A stretch of DNA of 33,733 bases from Thermoplasmatota archaeon (GCA_029762535.1 JARVGK010000011.1:47436-81168), one strand, 5' to 3'. Shown: positions 15,747 through 25,970, counted from the first letter of the stretch. Numbers and translations: made by a program. The notes: a model not told the origin generated them from the sequence alone.

Positions 15747-18700
15747 CTCTCCATGGCCTTTTGGCCGTGGCCCCATTGAAGCCGACAAATACGACGTCAT
15801 AAAGGCCGATGCGCAGATGCCTCTCCATGGCCTTTTGGCCGTGGCCCCATTGAAGCAGGGAAAACATCCGGCGATTATTTGAGCTTGAACCCGCCTCTCC
15901 ATGGCCTTTTGGCCGTGGCCCCATTGAAGCGACAATTAAGAATAATCAAACACTCTGAATCGTTCAACTCTCCATGGCCTTTTGGCCGTGGCCCCATTGA
16001 AGCAGAAACTGGAGGATCGCCCATGAATCGCGACATGCCTCTCTCCATGGCCTTTTGGCCGTGGCCCCATTGAAGCAATATAACCATGTACCCGTTATTG
16101 AACTCATCCGCCGTCTCTCCATGGCCTTTTGGCCGTGGCCCCATTGAAGCATTACTTCCGCTTCCCCGAGCTGGAGCTGGCGGAGCTCTCCATGGCCTTT
16201 TGGCCGTGGCCCCATTGAAGCCCGAATATAATGTATATGCGTTTACGTGTCCATATGCTCCTCTCCATGGCCTTTTGGCCGTGGCCCCATTGAAGCCACG
16301 GTATCGCGTTCACGAGATCTCCACCGAACTGTTGGCTCTCCATGGCCTTTTGGCCGTGGCCCCATTGAAGCGCTTCGGTGAGTCGGCCGGATGTGTCGGT
16401 TCGGGCGACTCTCCATGGCCTTTTGGCCGTGGCCCCATTGAAGCCAACAGGCTGCAGAATCAGGACGGCCTGTTCCGGAGGCCTCTCCATGGCCTTTTGG
16501 CCGTGGCCCCATTGAAGCTGTTCCTTCTCCCAGGGTATTTGCATATCCTGTGATACTCTCCATGGCCTTTTGGCCGTGGCCCCATTGAAGCAGTTATCCG
16601 GATAAGCCATCTGGCTTATGTGTTCCTCTCTCCATGGCCTTTTGGCCGTGGCCCCATTGAAGCCATCGATACTGCCCCTATCCTTGACCTTGGATAGGTC
16701 CTCTCCATGGCCTTTTGGCCGTGGCCCCATTGAAGCTCCATCCTCCAGCCCTTCTTTTGCTCAAAATCCATCCTCTCCATGGCCTTTTGGCCGTGGCCCC
16801 ATTGAAGCGTATTCGAGCCATATCGTCCCGTTGACAGGGCCGGCAGTCTCTCCATGGCCTTTTGGCCGTGGCCCCATTGAAGCTACAACAGCACATCTTT
16901 GATCTGCTCATTAACCGTGTCCTCTCCATGGCCTTTTGGCCGTGGCCCCATTGAAGCACCTTCGATAAAGGGATATATCCTTATGAGTATTTACTCTCCA
17001 TGGCCTTTTGGCCGTGGCCCCATTGAAGCGACCCGATGATGAGGGGATATATCCTATATGGGTTGACTCTCCATGGCCTTTTGGCCGTGGCCCCATTGAA
17101 GCTGGTAACAGTAGTAACAACCGTTAGACATATCGGAGCTCTCCATGGCCTTTTGGCCGTGGCCCCATTGAAGCCACCGGTTGTAACATTAGTGGTAACC
17201 TCAAAATCCACTCTCCATGGCCTTTTGGCCGTGGCCCCATTGAAGCAGCAGATAACCATCAAGGGCGACGGGCAAACGCTGGTCTCTCCATGGCCTTTTG
17301 GCCGTGGCCCCATTGAAGCATCGATCAGGAGCTTAACGGTGATGAACAGTTATACCTCTCCATGGCCTTTTGGCCGTGGCCCCATTGAAGCCTTAACCCT
17401 TCCAACAGGTTCACTTCATCTAACCCAATCTCTCCATGGCCTTTTGGCCGTGGCCCCATTGAAGCAGCGCAAGAGCGAGGATGATACGGTGATTAAGACT
17501 CCTCTCCATGGCCTTTTGGCCGTGGCCCCATTGAAGCGTGCCATTCGCTATGACCGACACAAACAGCTTGGCATTCTCTCCATGGCCTTTTGGCCGTGGC
17601 CCCATTGAAGCATTTCCGGCCATGTTTCGGTGCCTCCTCATGCTCACGTTCTCTCCATGGCCTTTTGGCCGTGGCCCCATTGAAGCGAGTTGAATACGGA
17701 GAAGAACCTGTTACTTCAGCGCACTCTCCATGGCCTTTTGGCCGTGGCCCCATTGAAGCAATTAGAGAGTGGGCGATTCGGGAAATGGACAAGATAGCTC
17801 TCCATGGCCTTTTGGCCGTGGCCCCATTGAAGCTCCTCATTCACATCATCGCATATCGTATAAATCAAGGCTCTCCATGGCCTTTTGGCCGTGGCCCCAT
17901 TGAAGCACTACCGCTGCCGTCAGACCGACCGCACTGCTTCCCCTCTCCATGGCCTTTTGGCCGTGGCCCCATTGAAGCAAGCCCAAGCTTGAGGAATGGT
18001 GGGAGGATGTGCAGGCCTCTCCATGGCCTTTTGGCCGTGGCCCCATTGAAGCGAATCAGCCGAGACTTGGCAGTACCCGGGTCGCCGACCTCTCCATGGC
18101 CTTTTGGCCGTGGCCCCATTGAAGCAACCTGCATCTCAATCCCCCGGACACGGTATTCCATTGACTCTCCATGGCCTTTTGGCCGTGGCCCCATTGAAGC
18201 TGGCCGAAGATGGAGAAATCCGAATGATGGACCATCTCTCCATGGCCTTTTGGCCGTGGCCCCATTGAAGCCACCCATGCGCCTGGATCCGCCTGTGAAT
18301 CCATCGACTCTCCATGGCCTTTTGGCCGTGGCCCCATTGAAGCTGCGACTGGTTGCTCAACGGAGGGATCGCCCATGACCGCTCTCCATGGCCTTTTGGC
18401 CGTGGCCCCATTGAAGCGGGTGAGCTGGGGTCTCTGAACTCTGGCTCACCCATCAGCTCTCCATGGCCTTTTGGCCGTGGCCCCATTGAAGCCAGTGGAC
18501 ACACACCCAGTTGTGGCATATTACTTCGCTCTCCATGGCCTTTTGGCCGTGGCCCCATTGAAGCTGCGATAGGTCGGCCAACCTTGCGAAGGGACCCATA
18601 ACCTCTCCATGGCCTTTTGGCCGTGGCCCCATTGAAGCTTTAACGGTTGCGTGTATTGTCCTGTGTGTTATGAGCTCTCCATGGCCTTTTGGCCGTGGCC

Positions 18701-19445
18701 CCATTGAAGCATGACAGGTATGTGTCCTCGCCCACGGGTGCACGGGGGCTCTCCATGGCCTTTTGGCCGTGGCCCCATTGAAGCTCCGTCAGATGTTGCG
18801 ATGGTGATGGCGTTCGAGCAGCTCTCCATGGCCTTTTGGCCGTGGCCCCATTGAAGCACTCCTCGAAGAGGATCGCCCACCCCCATGGGCGCCCCCTCTC
18901 CATGGCCTTTTGGCCGTGGCCCCATTGAAGCACAGAGGCTGAGGTCCCAGAAATGGAGGGTTGCATACTCCTCTCCATGGCCTTTTGGCCGTGGCCCCAT
19001 TGAAGCAACTCGATGACGGGACGTTTGAAATAGTGAACGGCAACTCTCCATGGCCTTTTGGCCGTGGCCCCATTGAAGCGTCAGTGGCTTTGCGTGGGAC
19101 CATGCCGAGAAGATGAACTCTCCATGGCCTTTTGGCCGTGGCCCCATTGAAGCCGAATATGGTTTTGTCAAGAACTATCTCGGTTTTATCTCTCCATGGC
19201 CTTTTGGCCGTGGCCCCATTGAAGCAAATGGGGCAGGCGGTTATGAAACCGCATTGTCAGGGCTCTCCATGGCCTTTTGGCCGTGGCCCCATTGAAGCGA
19301 CCGGATAATTTTATCGAAATCGACATTTTTTATATCTCTCCATGGCCTTTTGGCCGTGGCCCCATTGAAGCTCTGATACCTACGAGATCGAAGGCATTGC
19401 CTACAAGCGCTCTCCATGGCCTTTTGGCCGTGGCCCCATTGAGTT
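15747..19445 (+). CRISPR. CRISPR array, 51 repeats / 50 spacers (~35-40 nt)
   Basis: 36-bp repeat CTCTCCATGGCCTTTTGGCCGTGGCCCCATTGAAGC with internal hairpin and ATTGAAGC end. The last repeat (19410) ends aberrantly in ATTGAGTT. Counted by eye. Confidence 0.98.
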
Positions 19446-19454
19446 GCTCTTTTA

Positions 19455-19483
19455 AAACGCCACTTTTCTGAATAGTGGCGTTT
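19455..19483. terminator. Hairpin directly after the array
   Basis: AAACGCCACT-TTTCTGAAT-AGTGGCGTTT, a 10-bp perfect stem. Confidence 0.5.
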
Positions 19484-19580
19484 CTGTAACGTGTCACGTA
19501 ACTTCATAAATTCCAGAACTTTGTAACTCCAAAATTACCTATCCACCCGAGGAAAGGATCCCCACAGAGGGGATCCCCTT

Positions 19581-19710
19581 GATCCCTCCTCTTCGAGGAG
19601 GGGATCCGAAAAGATCCTTGGCCTTAATAGATGATCTGGAACGATATAACTTTTATAACTTTCATAACGTGAAAGCTTTCATATTTCATTATTCCATAAA
19701 GATCCCATGG
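19581..19710 (+). repeat. Diverged ~130-bp direct repeat, copy B
   Basis: Aligns with 4922-5053. GATCAAGGATAC also follows both copies (5073 and 19775). Confidence 0.8.
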
Positions 19711-20041
19711 GGCCCTCAGGAACTTAGTGTAACAGGATCCACGAGCATAGGAGGGCATTGGCTGAAGATGAAGTGATCAAGGATACGCCATGCTGGGTAG
19801 TTCACTATCCAACTATGGACTTTCTTGAATAACAGATATAAGCAAATCGATCAGGAGGCAACGATCATGGATCGAGATCCTTTGATAACCGGAGACTGGA
19901 TGATTATATCTTCCCAACACAAGACCATAACAAGTATTCATAAGAATACGGCCTCGCATGTGAAGACAGAGAACAACATGATCTCTGAAATGAACATTTT
20001 GCCGATCCTGACAGATATTACCTATTATAGGGGGCCATTTA

Positions 20042-21247
20042 ATGTTCGGGAAGCGTAGCATGAGAAGAGGGATACTCGTAAACGATCCCGATGTTTTGCA
20101 AACAGGATCTAAAGATACATCTTTAGCATTGGATTACAAAGAAATATTGACGGGATTGAAGGATCGCGTCTACCAATCACGAATTAGAGCTGCCTTGACA
20201 GTGAACGCCGAACTCGTTCTGTTGTATTGGGAAATCGGAAGGGTCATCGTCAGTCAACAGGAAAATGCCGCTTGGGGTGATTCGGTGGTCGAGCGGCTCT
20301 CGGGAGACCTGAGAGAGGAATTCCCGGATATGAAGGGATTCTCCCTGCCAAATATCTGGAAGATGCGGCTATTCTACAATACATATCGCGAAATGAATGA
20401 TTGGCTCGTTCAAGAGGATATCTCGACACCATCAAGAGAAAATCAAGACAGTGCAATGATACGGGAAATAATCTCGACACTGTCGAGAGAAATAACGAGC
20501 AATGGTCTACCGGAGATGATCTGCGGACTTTCCTGGTCGCATCACATCGAGATATGCTCCATCCCAGAAGGGCTAGACGTGAAGTATTTCTACCTCACAA
20601 TGTCGGTAGAGGAACGCTGGTCCGTGCGTGAGCTCAGACGACAGATCGATTCGGACCTCTATACTCGCTTTGTATCTGTGAAAGATCAACCCGAGCTATG
20701 TCTCACGAATAGTCTTTCACCATCAGGGCTTCCGTTCAAGGATCACTACGTCCTCGATTTTCTCGGTCTGGGCGAAGAATTCGAGGAACGTGAACTCCGA
20801 AAGGCTATGCTGGATGACTTGCGAAAGATGTTCCTGGAATTCGGTCGGGACTTCTGTCTGATAGGAGAGGAGTGTGCTCTGATGATAGGAGGCGAGACAT
20901 TCCACATGGACCTGCTTTTGTATCATCGGCGGCTTCAATGCCTGGTCGCGGTCGAACTTAAAACTGGCAGATTCAAGCCGGAGTACGTCGGCAAGATGCT
21001 GTTCTACCTTGCTGGTCTGGATGAGCAGGTACGCATGCCGCACGAAAAACCTTCGATCGGGTTGGTCCTCTGCAAGAGCGCGAACAATATCCACGTACGG
21101 CTTGCACTTACTGAAGCGGCATCCAAGGTCGGGGTCGCCACCTATCGGACATCGATGCCCGACGAGGGATTGATAAGGAAGAGGTTGAAAGAACTACCCC
21201 TCGGTAAAATAGATCGCGTGAATCATATAAGCGCCAACACCTCATGA
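20042..21247 (+). CDS. YhcG/DUF1016 PD-(D/E)XK nuclease-domain protein
   Basis: VNAELVLLYWEIGR, WG..VVERLS.DL, LSWSHH, WSVRELRRQIDS, KDHYVLDFLGL, DLLLYHRRLQCLVAVELK.G.FKPEY.GK and PSIGLVLC motifs. Start may be ATG 20060. Confidence 0.92.
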   Translation: MFGKRSMRRGILVNDPDVLQTGSKDTSLALDYKEILTGLKDRVYQSRIRAALTVNAELVLLYWEIGRVIVSQQENAAWGDSVVERLSGDLREEFPDMKGFSLPNIWKMRLFYNTYREMNDWLVQEDISTPSRENQDSAMIREIISTLSREITSNGLPEMICGLSWSHHIEICSIPEGLDVKYFYLTMSVEERWSVRELRRQIDSDLYTRFVSVKDQPELCLTNSLSPSGLPFKDHYVLDFLGLGEEFEERELRKAMLDDLRKMFLEFGRDFCLIGEECALMIGGETFHMDLLLYHRRLQCLVAVELKTGRFKPEYVGKMLFYLAGLDEQVRMPHEKPSIGLVLCKSANNIHVRLALTEAASKVGVATYRTSMPDEGLIRKRLKELPLGKIDRVNHISANTS

Positions 21248-21264
21248 TTTGATGGTTAGCATAA

Positions 21265-21410
21265 ATGACACGACCGACCAAAGTCATCAGCCACGATTTT
21301 CCCGTGGTCGAGGTATTCTCGGAGCGCAACCTCAAGCGTATGGTCCGGTTCTTCCGGGAGCACGTTGACATATTGCCAATTGTGCCACAACTTGTGGCAC
21401 AAAGAGGTTT
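21265..21410 (+). pseudogene. YhcG N-terminal fragment
   Basis: DFP..EVFSERNLKRMVRFFREH..I.PIVPQLVAQ matches the YhcG FS.RNL..M..F...IV.QLVAQ block. It runs into CRISPR repeats. Confidence 0.7.
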
Positions 21411-21430
21411 TATCAACTCAGAAACGAGAG

Positions 21431-21605
21431 GGCCACTGGCCGTGGCCCTATTGAAGCTACGATACGCTGAACGAGAACACGCTCAGCGACTACCTCTCCA
21501 TGGCCTTTTGGCCGTGGCCCCATTGAAGCCCTGCACTTGTATCAAGCAGGACGCTCCCGTTCCCCGCAGCTCTCCATGGCCTTTTGGCCGTGGCCCCATT
21601 GAAGC
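21431..21605 (+). CRISPR. Leaderless mini-array: one 5'-truncated degenerate repeat, two perfect repeats, two spacers
   Basis: GGCCACTGGCCGTGGCCCTATTGAAGC (21431-21457) and perfect repeats at 21494-21529 and 21570-21605. Confidence 0.92.
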
Positions 21606-21639
21606 ATCTCCAATGCCCTGATATAGAAATAGATCATCA

Positions 21640-21970
21640 AGAGCAAGCTTTGAAAGCAGCCAATGTTCCGCCCATGAGGTTCGAGTTCACAAGTTTCGTC
21701 ACAACGATCTTCGATAGGATACCCGAGGGATCGGATATGGCTTCGGAAAAAACTTCGGAAGAAGTGTCGGGGAAAATGTCGGGAAAACGTCGGGACAAAT
21801 TCTTAATATTCTCCTTCAAAACCCTTATTTGACAATACCGGATATGGCTGTAAAGATCGGTATTTCAGAACGCTCCATTGAGCGGAATATCAGAAAACTG
21901 CAGACCACAGGTCATTTGAAGCGTATCGGTCCCGCAAAAGGCGGTCATTGGGAGGTGAATACTGATGACA
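21640..21970 (+). pseudogene. Frameshifted C-terminal remnant of an AlbA_2/HATPase-type wHTH protein
   Basis: PPMRFEFTSFVTTIFDRI-linker(SEKTSEEVSGKMSGK), then in another frame TIPDMAVKIGISERSIERNIRKLQTTGHLKRIGPAKGGHWEV. Confidence 0.7.
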
Positions 21971-22094
21971 CAGGATTACACTGGCTATCTATTCCAACCA
22001 ACTGTTTTCAATGCAGTCTGCGAACGAAGTTATCCTACAAGACACCCGAACATTTCGAAACGCCGTTCCATTTCTGAAATCTCCCTGGAGTGAA

Positions 22095-22835
22095 ATGATG
22101 AGGGAGCGAACGAAGTTCGTATTGGAGGTCAACGGAATGAAGTACCCCGTGAAGATCCATTACGAAAAGAGAAACGACTGCATAGCATCCATCAGAAAAA
22201 GATCCATCAACATCAGGATCCCCTCCTATCTCAGCGAAGAGGAAAAACACAAGCAGTTAACGAAATTAAAACAGTGGGCTATAGAAAAGATCAAGGAGGA
22301 CCCGGAAAGGTTCAAGCTCGAATCTAGAAGAGAATACATTGATGGGGACATAATAACTGTTGGCAGCGAGGAGTATGTCCTCAACATTGTTTTCAGGGAC
22401 AAGCGAGGCAGCTCCGCGAGGATAGAGGGTTCCGATATCCAGTTTATAATTTCCAGCAACCTGTCCAAAGAGGATCGGAACAGGCACATCTCGACGCTTC
22501 TAAGCAGGTGCATCGCCCAGAAGAGAGTACCGGATCTCAGGAAGAGGATCGATGAACTGAACAGTAACCATTTCAACAAACCAATTAATAAGATCTTCTT
22601 CAAGCACAACAAAACGAACTGGGGCAGTTGTTCGAATATGGGCAACATCAATATCTCGACAAGATTGCTATTCGCGCCCGATGACGTGCTGGATTACGTG
22701 TGCGTTCACGAATTGGCCCACCTGATCGAGCGAAACCACTCGAAGGATTTCTGGAATCTGGTGGAAAAAGCAATGCCGGACTACAAGGAGAAGGTGAAAT
22801 GGCTCAAGGAGAACGGTAATACATGCAAGTTCTGA
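22095..22835 (+). CDS. M48/YgjP (DUF45, SprT-like) zinc metallopeptidase family protein
   Basis: KTNWGSCS, DYVCVHELAHL and NHSKDFW motifs. Start placed at the ATG after GGAGTGA. Confidence 0.9.
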   Translation: MMRERTKFVLEVNGMKYPVKIHYEKRNDCIASIRKRSINIRIPSYLSEEEKHKQLTKLKQWAIEKIKEDPERFKLESRREYIDGDIITVGSEEYVLNIVFRDKRGSSARIEGSDIQFIISSNLSKEDRNRHISTLLSRCIAQKRVPDLRKRIDELNSNHFNKPINKIFFKHNKTNWGSCSNMGNINISTRLLFAPDDVLDYVCVHELAHLIERNHSKDFWNLVEKAMPDYKEKVKWLKENGNTCKF

Positions 22836-22911
22836 AACAAGGAACGGGAAGATATGGGGAAAAATAAAATGGGAAAGACATCGGGGGGCGGAGACCATAC
22901 CACGGCGGGGG

Positions 22912-23419
22912 ATCCCTTCGCTCCGGCATATGGATCTTTAAAGGGAAGTAAAAAGTGGAAACGTTTTGATATGTTTCAATGATATTGTTCCGTTTATAAG
23001 AATAATGGGTCCGCGGTTTTCGTAACGATCTCGATACGACCTTCAACAATAGATAAGGTCCAAAAATACTTACTTATTCCGAAGAGAGACCCACAACTTA
23101 TTGGAAGAGATGCTATAAGATATGATTATTATTTCAAAATCACGATGATGACAGGGTCATTCGAACCATCGGATCAAATGACGATCGAGATCATATGGTG
23201 ACCAGGAGGATCCCCCTCCTATCCCCTCACCTTGCCCACAGGGGCGATGTATATGGTGAACTCCTCATCGCCATCGATCCCGAGGAGGAGATCCATGTAC
23301 TCCTGGTCATACGCCGCTATCGCACACGTTCCACACCCGATCCCCTCACATGCGAGATACAGATTCTCGCACACATGACCCGCATCAAGGGCGATGACCT
23401 TGTAGGATGCGGGCCCATA
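22912..23419 (+). repeat. 508-bp direct repeat, copy 1
   Basis: Matches 24727-25234. The only difference seen is A23378 vs G25193. Confidence 0.95.
23219..23419 (-). pseudogene. 3' fragment of the SagB-type nitroreductase (duplicated)
   Basis: YGPASYKVIALDAGHVCENLYL...VGKVRG* is identical to the C-terminus of 25034-25753. Confidence 0.9.
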
Positions 23420-23490
23420 ACTTAACAACACATATTATCGTTAACGAACATGAAAAATATCTGAATGCCTTACTGTATATGGTGGATCGC

Positions 23491-24099
23491 ATGAAGAAAA
23501 AATTCGAGTATGTCTATCAGTTCAAGATAACCCTGCTTGAGACCGATCCCCCTATATGGAGAAGGATTCAGGTACCCGGCAACTACTCATTCTGGGATCT
23601 CCACGTAGCCATTCAGGATTCGATGGGTTGGGAGGATTGCCACATGCACGAATTCCGCTTACCATTCGATGACGTTGAAGAACCCATTCACATAGGGATC
23701 CCAACTGATGACGACGAAATGATGGGCATAATCACACTGCCAGAGCACAAGGAGAGGATATCGGATCGCTTCAAGAAGGACTCGAGTAAGGCCTTATATG
23801 TGTATGATTTCGGAGATGATTGGGACCATGAAGTGATGTTAGAAGGCGTACTGCTCAGGGAGAAGGGTATGGAATACCCGGCCTGCTTATCCGGAGAGAG
23901 GGCATGCCCTCCGGAGGATTGTGGAGGAGTGTTCGGTTATTCCGATATCATCAGGGTTCTAAAGAAGAGATCGAAGAACGCTGACGACAAGGAACTCCTT
24001 GAATGGATAGGAGATTACGACCCGGAACAATTCGATCCGAAGGAGGTCTTATTCGACGACCCCAAACAAAGGTTCAGGATGGCCTTTTCAAGGCGATAG
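23491..24099 (+). CDS. Plasmid pRiA4b ORF-3 family protein
   Basis: YQFKITL..PPIWRRIQVP, DLH.AIQ..MGWED.H.HEF, YVYDFGDDW.H and GERACPPEDCGG motifs. Confidence 0.92.
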   Translation: MKKKFEYVYQFKITLLETDPPIWRRIQVPGNYSFWDLHVAIQDSMGWEDCHMHEFRLPFDDVEEPIHIGIPTDDDEMMGIITLPEHKERISDRFKKDSSKALYVYDFGDDWDHEVMLEGVLLREKGMEYPACLSGERACPPEDCGGVFGYSDIIRVLKKRSKNADDKELLEWIGDYDPEQFDPKEVLFDDPKQRFRMAFSRR

Positions 24100-24112
24100 G
24101 AGAGCTAATCGA

Positions 24113-24721
24113 ATGAGAGATAGGGATAGGATCGAACAGATAAAGCGGGAACTCATCTCATTGACGAATGATTTCTGCATGGAAAGGATAGACGAGGAAT
24201 ACTCCGATCTTTGCATGAGGATGATCGACAAGATGGCAAGGAAGAAGAATGTCCCTTTCCTGAGCGGGAAAAAGGATTTATGGGCGGCGTCAATAATATA
24301 CTCGATAGGCCAGATCAACTTCCTTTTCGATAGATCGTTCGAACCATTCGTCGAGGGGGCGGATATCTGCAGACATTTCAGCGTCAGCCGCTCTTCGGTT
24401 ACAAACAAGGCCAAACAGATCAGGGAAATGTTTAAAATGAGCTATTTCAGCGATGAATTCTCCACTCAAAGGATCCGGGAGAACAATCCGTTCAACCAAT
24501 TCGTAATGCTCCCAAGCGGTATTATCGTCGCGACCGATCAAATAAAGGAACTCCTCATTGAGCATGCATCGATACGAACGGATGGAGAGAGCGACATTAC
24601 CCAAGATTCTCCTGAATATACGAAAACCGTACGGATAGAAGAACACGATCCAGCATCGGAAGAAGAAACGGACGATCGCGCCAATAATGACAAGAAACAG
24701 AGGTCCTTGTTGGAATTCTGA
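24113..24721 (+). CDS. DUF6398-like protein
   Basis: FC..IDEEY..LC....KMARK, WAASIIY.IGQINFLFD.SFEP and ST...RENNPF motifs. Confidence 0.75.
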   Translation: MRDRDRIEQIKRELISLTNDFCMERIDEEYSDLCMRMIDKMARKKNVPFLSGKKDLWAASIIYSIGQINFLFDRSFEPFVEGADICRHFSVSRSSVTNKAKQIREMFKMSYFSDEFSTQRIRENNPFNQFVMLPSGIIVATDQIKELLIEHASIRTDGESDITQDSPEYTKTVRIEEHDPASEEETDDRANNDKKQRSLLEF

Positions 24722-24726
24722 TTGGA

Positions 24727-25234
24727 ATCCCTTCGCTCCGGCATATGGATCTTTAAAGGGAAGTAAAAAGTGGAAACGTTTTGATATGTTTCAATGATAT
24801 TGTTCCGTTTATAAGAATAATGGGTCCGCGGTTTTCGTAACGATCTCGATACGACCTTCAACAATAGATAAGGTCCAAAAATACTTACTTATTCCGAAGA
24901 GAGACCCACAACTTATTGGAAGAGATGCTATAAGATATGATTATTATTTCAAAATCACGATGATGACAGGGTCATTCGAACCATCGGATCAAATGACGAT
25001 CGAGATCATATGGTGACCAGGAGGATCCCCCTCCTATCCCCTCACCTTGCCCACAGGGGCGATGTATATGGTGAACTCCTCATCGCCATCGATCCCGAGG
25101 AGGAGATCCATGTACTCCTGGTCATACGCCGCTATCGCACACGTTCCACACCCGATCCCCTCACATGCGAGATACAGATTCTCGCACACATGGCCCGCAT
25201 CAAGGGCGATGACCTTGTAGGATGCGGGCCCATA
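24727..25234 (+). repeat. 508-bp direct repeat, copy 2
   Basis: Offset 1815 bp from copy 1. Confidence 0.95.
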
Positions 25235-25753
25235 CCTCCACTCCATCCTGTAGGGGATCGCCGTCCAAACGAAGGTGCACGCCCCGCTCCCCGCAAAGGA
25301 CTGACCGAAGGCACCCATCGCCATCCTCTGCCTCAGGTCCGGATGGGATCCCACCCCAATGATCCCATGCTCCAGAGGCAGATAGCGATAGATCCCCATC
25401 CCGAGTCCCTCCACATCAAAAGCCGCAATGTAGGTCTCGAACGCATGCCGGCATCCTGCGGAGGGAACTGTCCTGTACGGGACCCCCCTCCTACCCACCC
25501 CCTGTGTCGCCCACAGGAGAAATGAAAGCTCCGATAGGGATAATCCCTCCCCTGAGAAGGAGCGATGCGATCTCCTCATGGATATGGCCTCCACCAGATC
25601 ATATTCCACCTCCTCAAAGGGAGGGAGGGGGATCACGTTCGATCCCGGGGGGATCCCCTTCTCAAGCGGGGGAGGGGCAACGCCCCTGCTCTGGTCCGTA
25701 ATGGAGAAGTCCGTCATCTTCCTTATGCTGTCCTTGAGGAATTCCCTTGTCAT
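25034..25753 (-). CDS. SagB/ThcOx-family dehydrogenase (nitroreductase fold)
   Basis: RRSHRSF, LSFLLWATQG, RTVPSAG.RH..ETY and LDAGHVCENLYL motifs. Confidence 0.92.
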   Translation of the reverse strand: MTREFLKDSIRKMTDFSITDQSRGVAPPPLEKGIPPGSNVIPLPPFEEVEYDLVEAISMRRSHRSFSGEGLSLSELSFLLWATQGVGRRGVPYRTVPSAGCRHAFETYIAAFDVEGLGMGIYRYLPLEHGIIGVGSHPDLRQRMAMGAFGQSFAGSGACTFVWTAIPYRMEWRYGPASYKVIALDAGHVCENLYLACEGIGCGTCAIAAYDQEYMDLLLGIDGDEEFTIYIAPVGKVRG

Positions 25754-25970
25754 TATTCCTCATAAGGGATATACGTATTATTTAGAGGATACCCCTACCA
25801 GCCCCCTGCAGTAAAGACACTACCGCGTTATCATAGCGTATCCGTCCGATAGATAATCTGTTCATGGCATGGTGAACGAATAATTCCCCGCTCCCGATCC
25901 CACATGACCGATAAAAGCTACATTATTTGTATCATGTTCGACAATATGACATCGGGTCCGAAAGGACCAG

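Noticed and set aside
16004-18381. Spacers 4 and 36 share GGATCGCCCATGA
   Set aside because: Probably a common RBS-plus-start context in a GATC-rich target; the rest of the spacers do not align.
18857-18894. Spacer 43 matches 14 nt (CTCCTCGAAGAGGA) of the flanking repeats on the reverse strand
   Set aside because: Too short and within a low-complexity hairpin. No full self-targeting spacer was seen in the window by eye.
15651-19507. Many ORFs with repeated MGPRPKGHGE / LHGLLAVAPLK / LQWGHGQKAME peptides
   Set aside because: These are translations of the CRISPR repeat, not genes.
19813-20061. 77-82 aa ORFs upstream of yhcG
   Set aside because: No recognisable motif or convincing start; likely decayed sequence.
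5304-21605. CRISPR-associated transposon or casposon
   Set aside because: No TnsABC/TniQ or PolB, and Cas3 is intact, so this is a conventional interference-competent I-G system.
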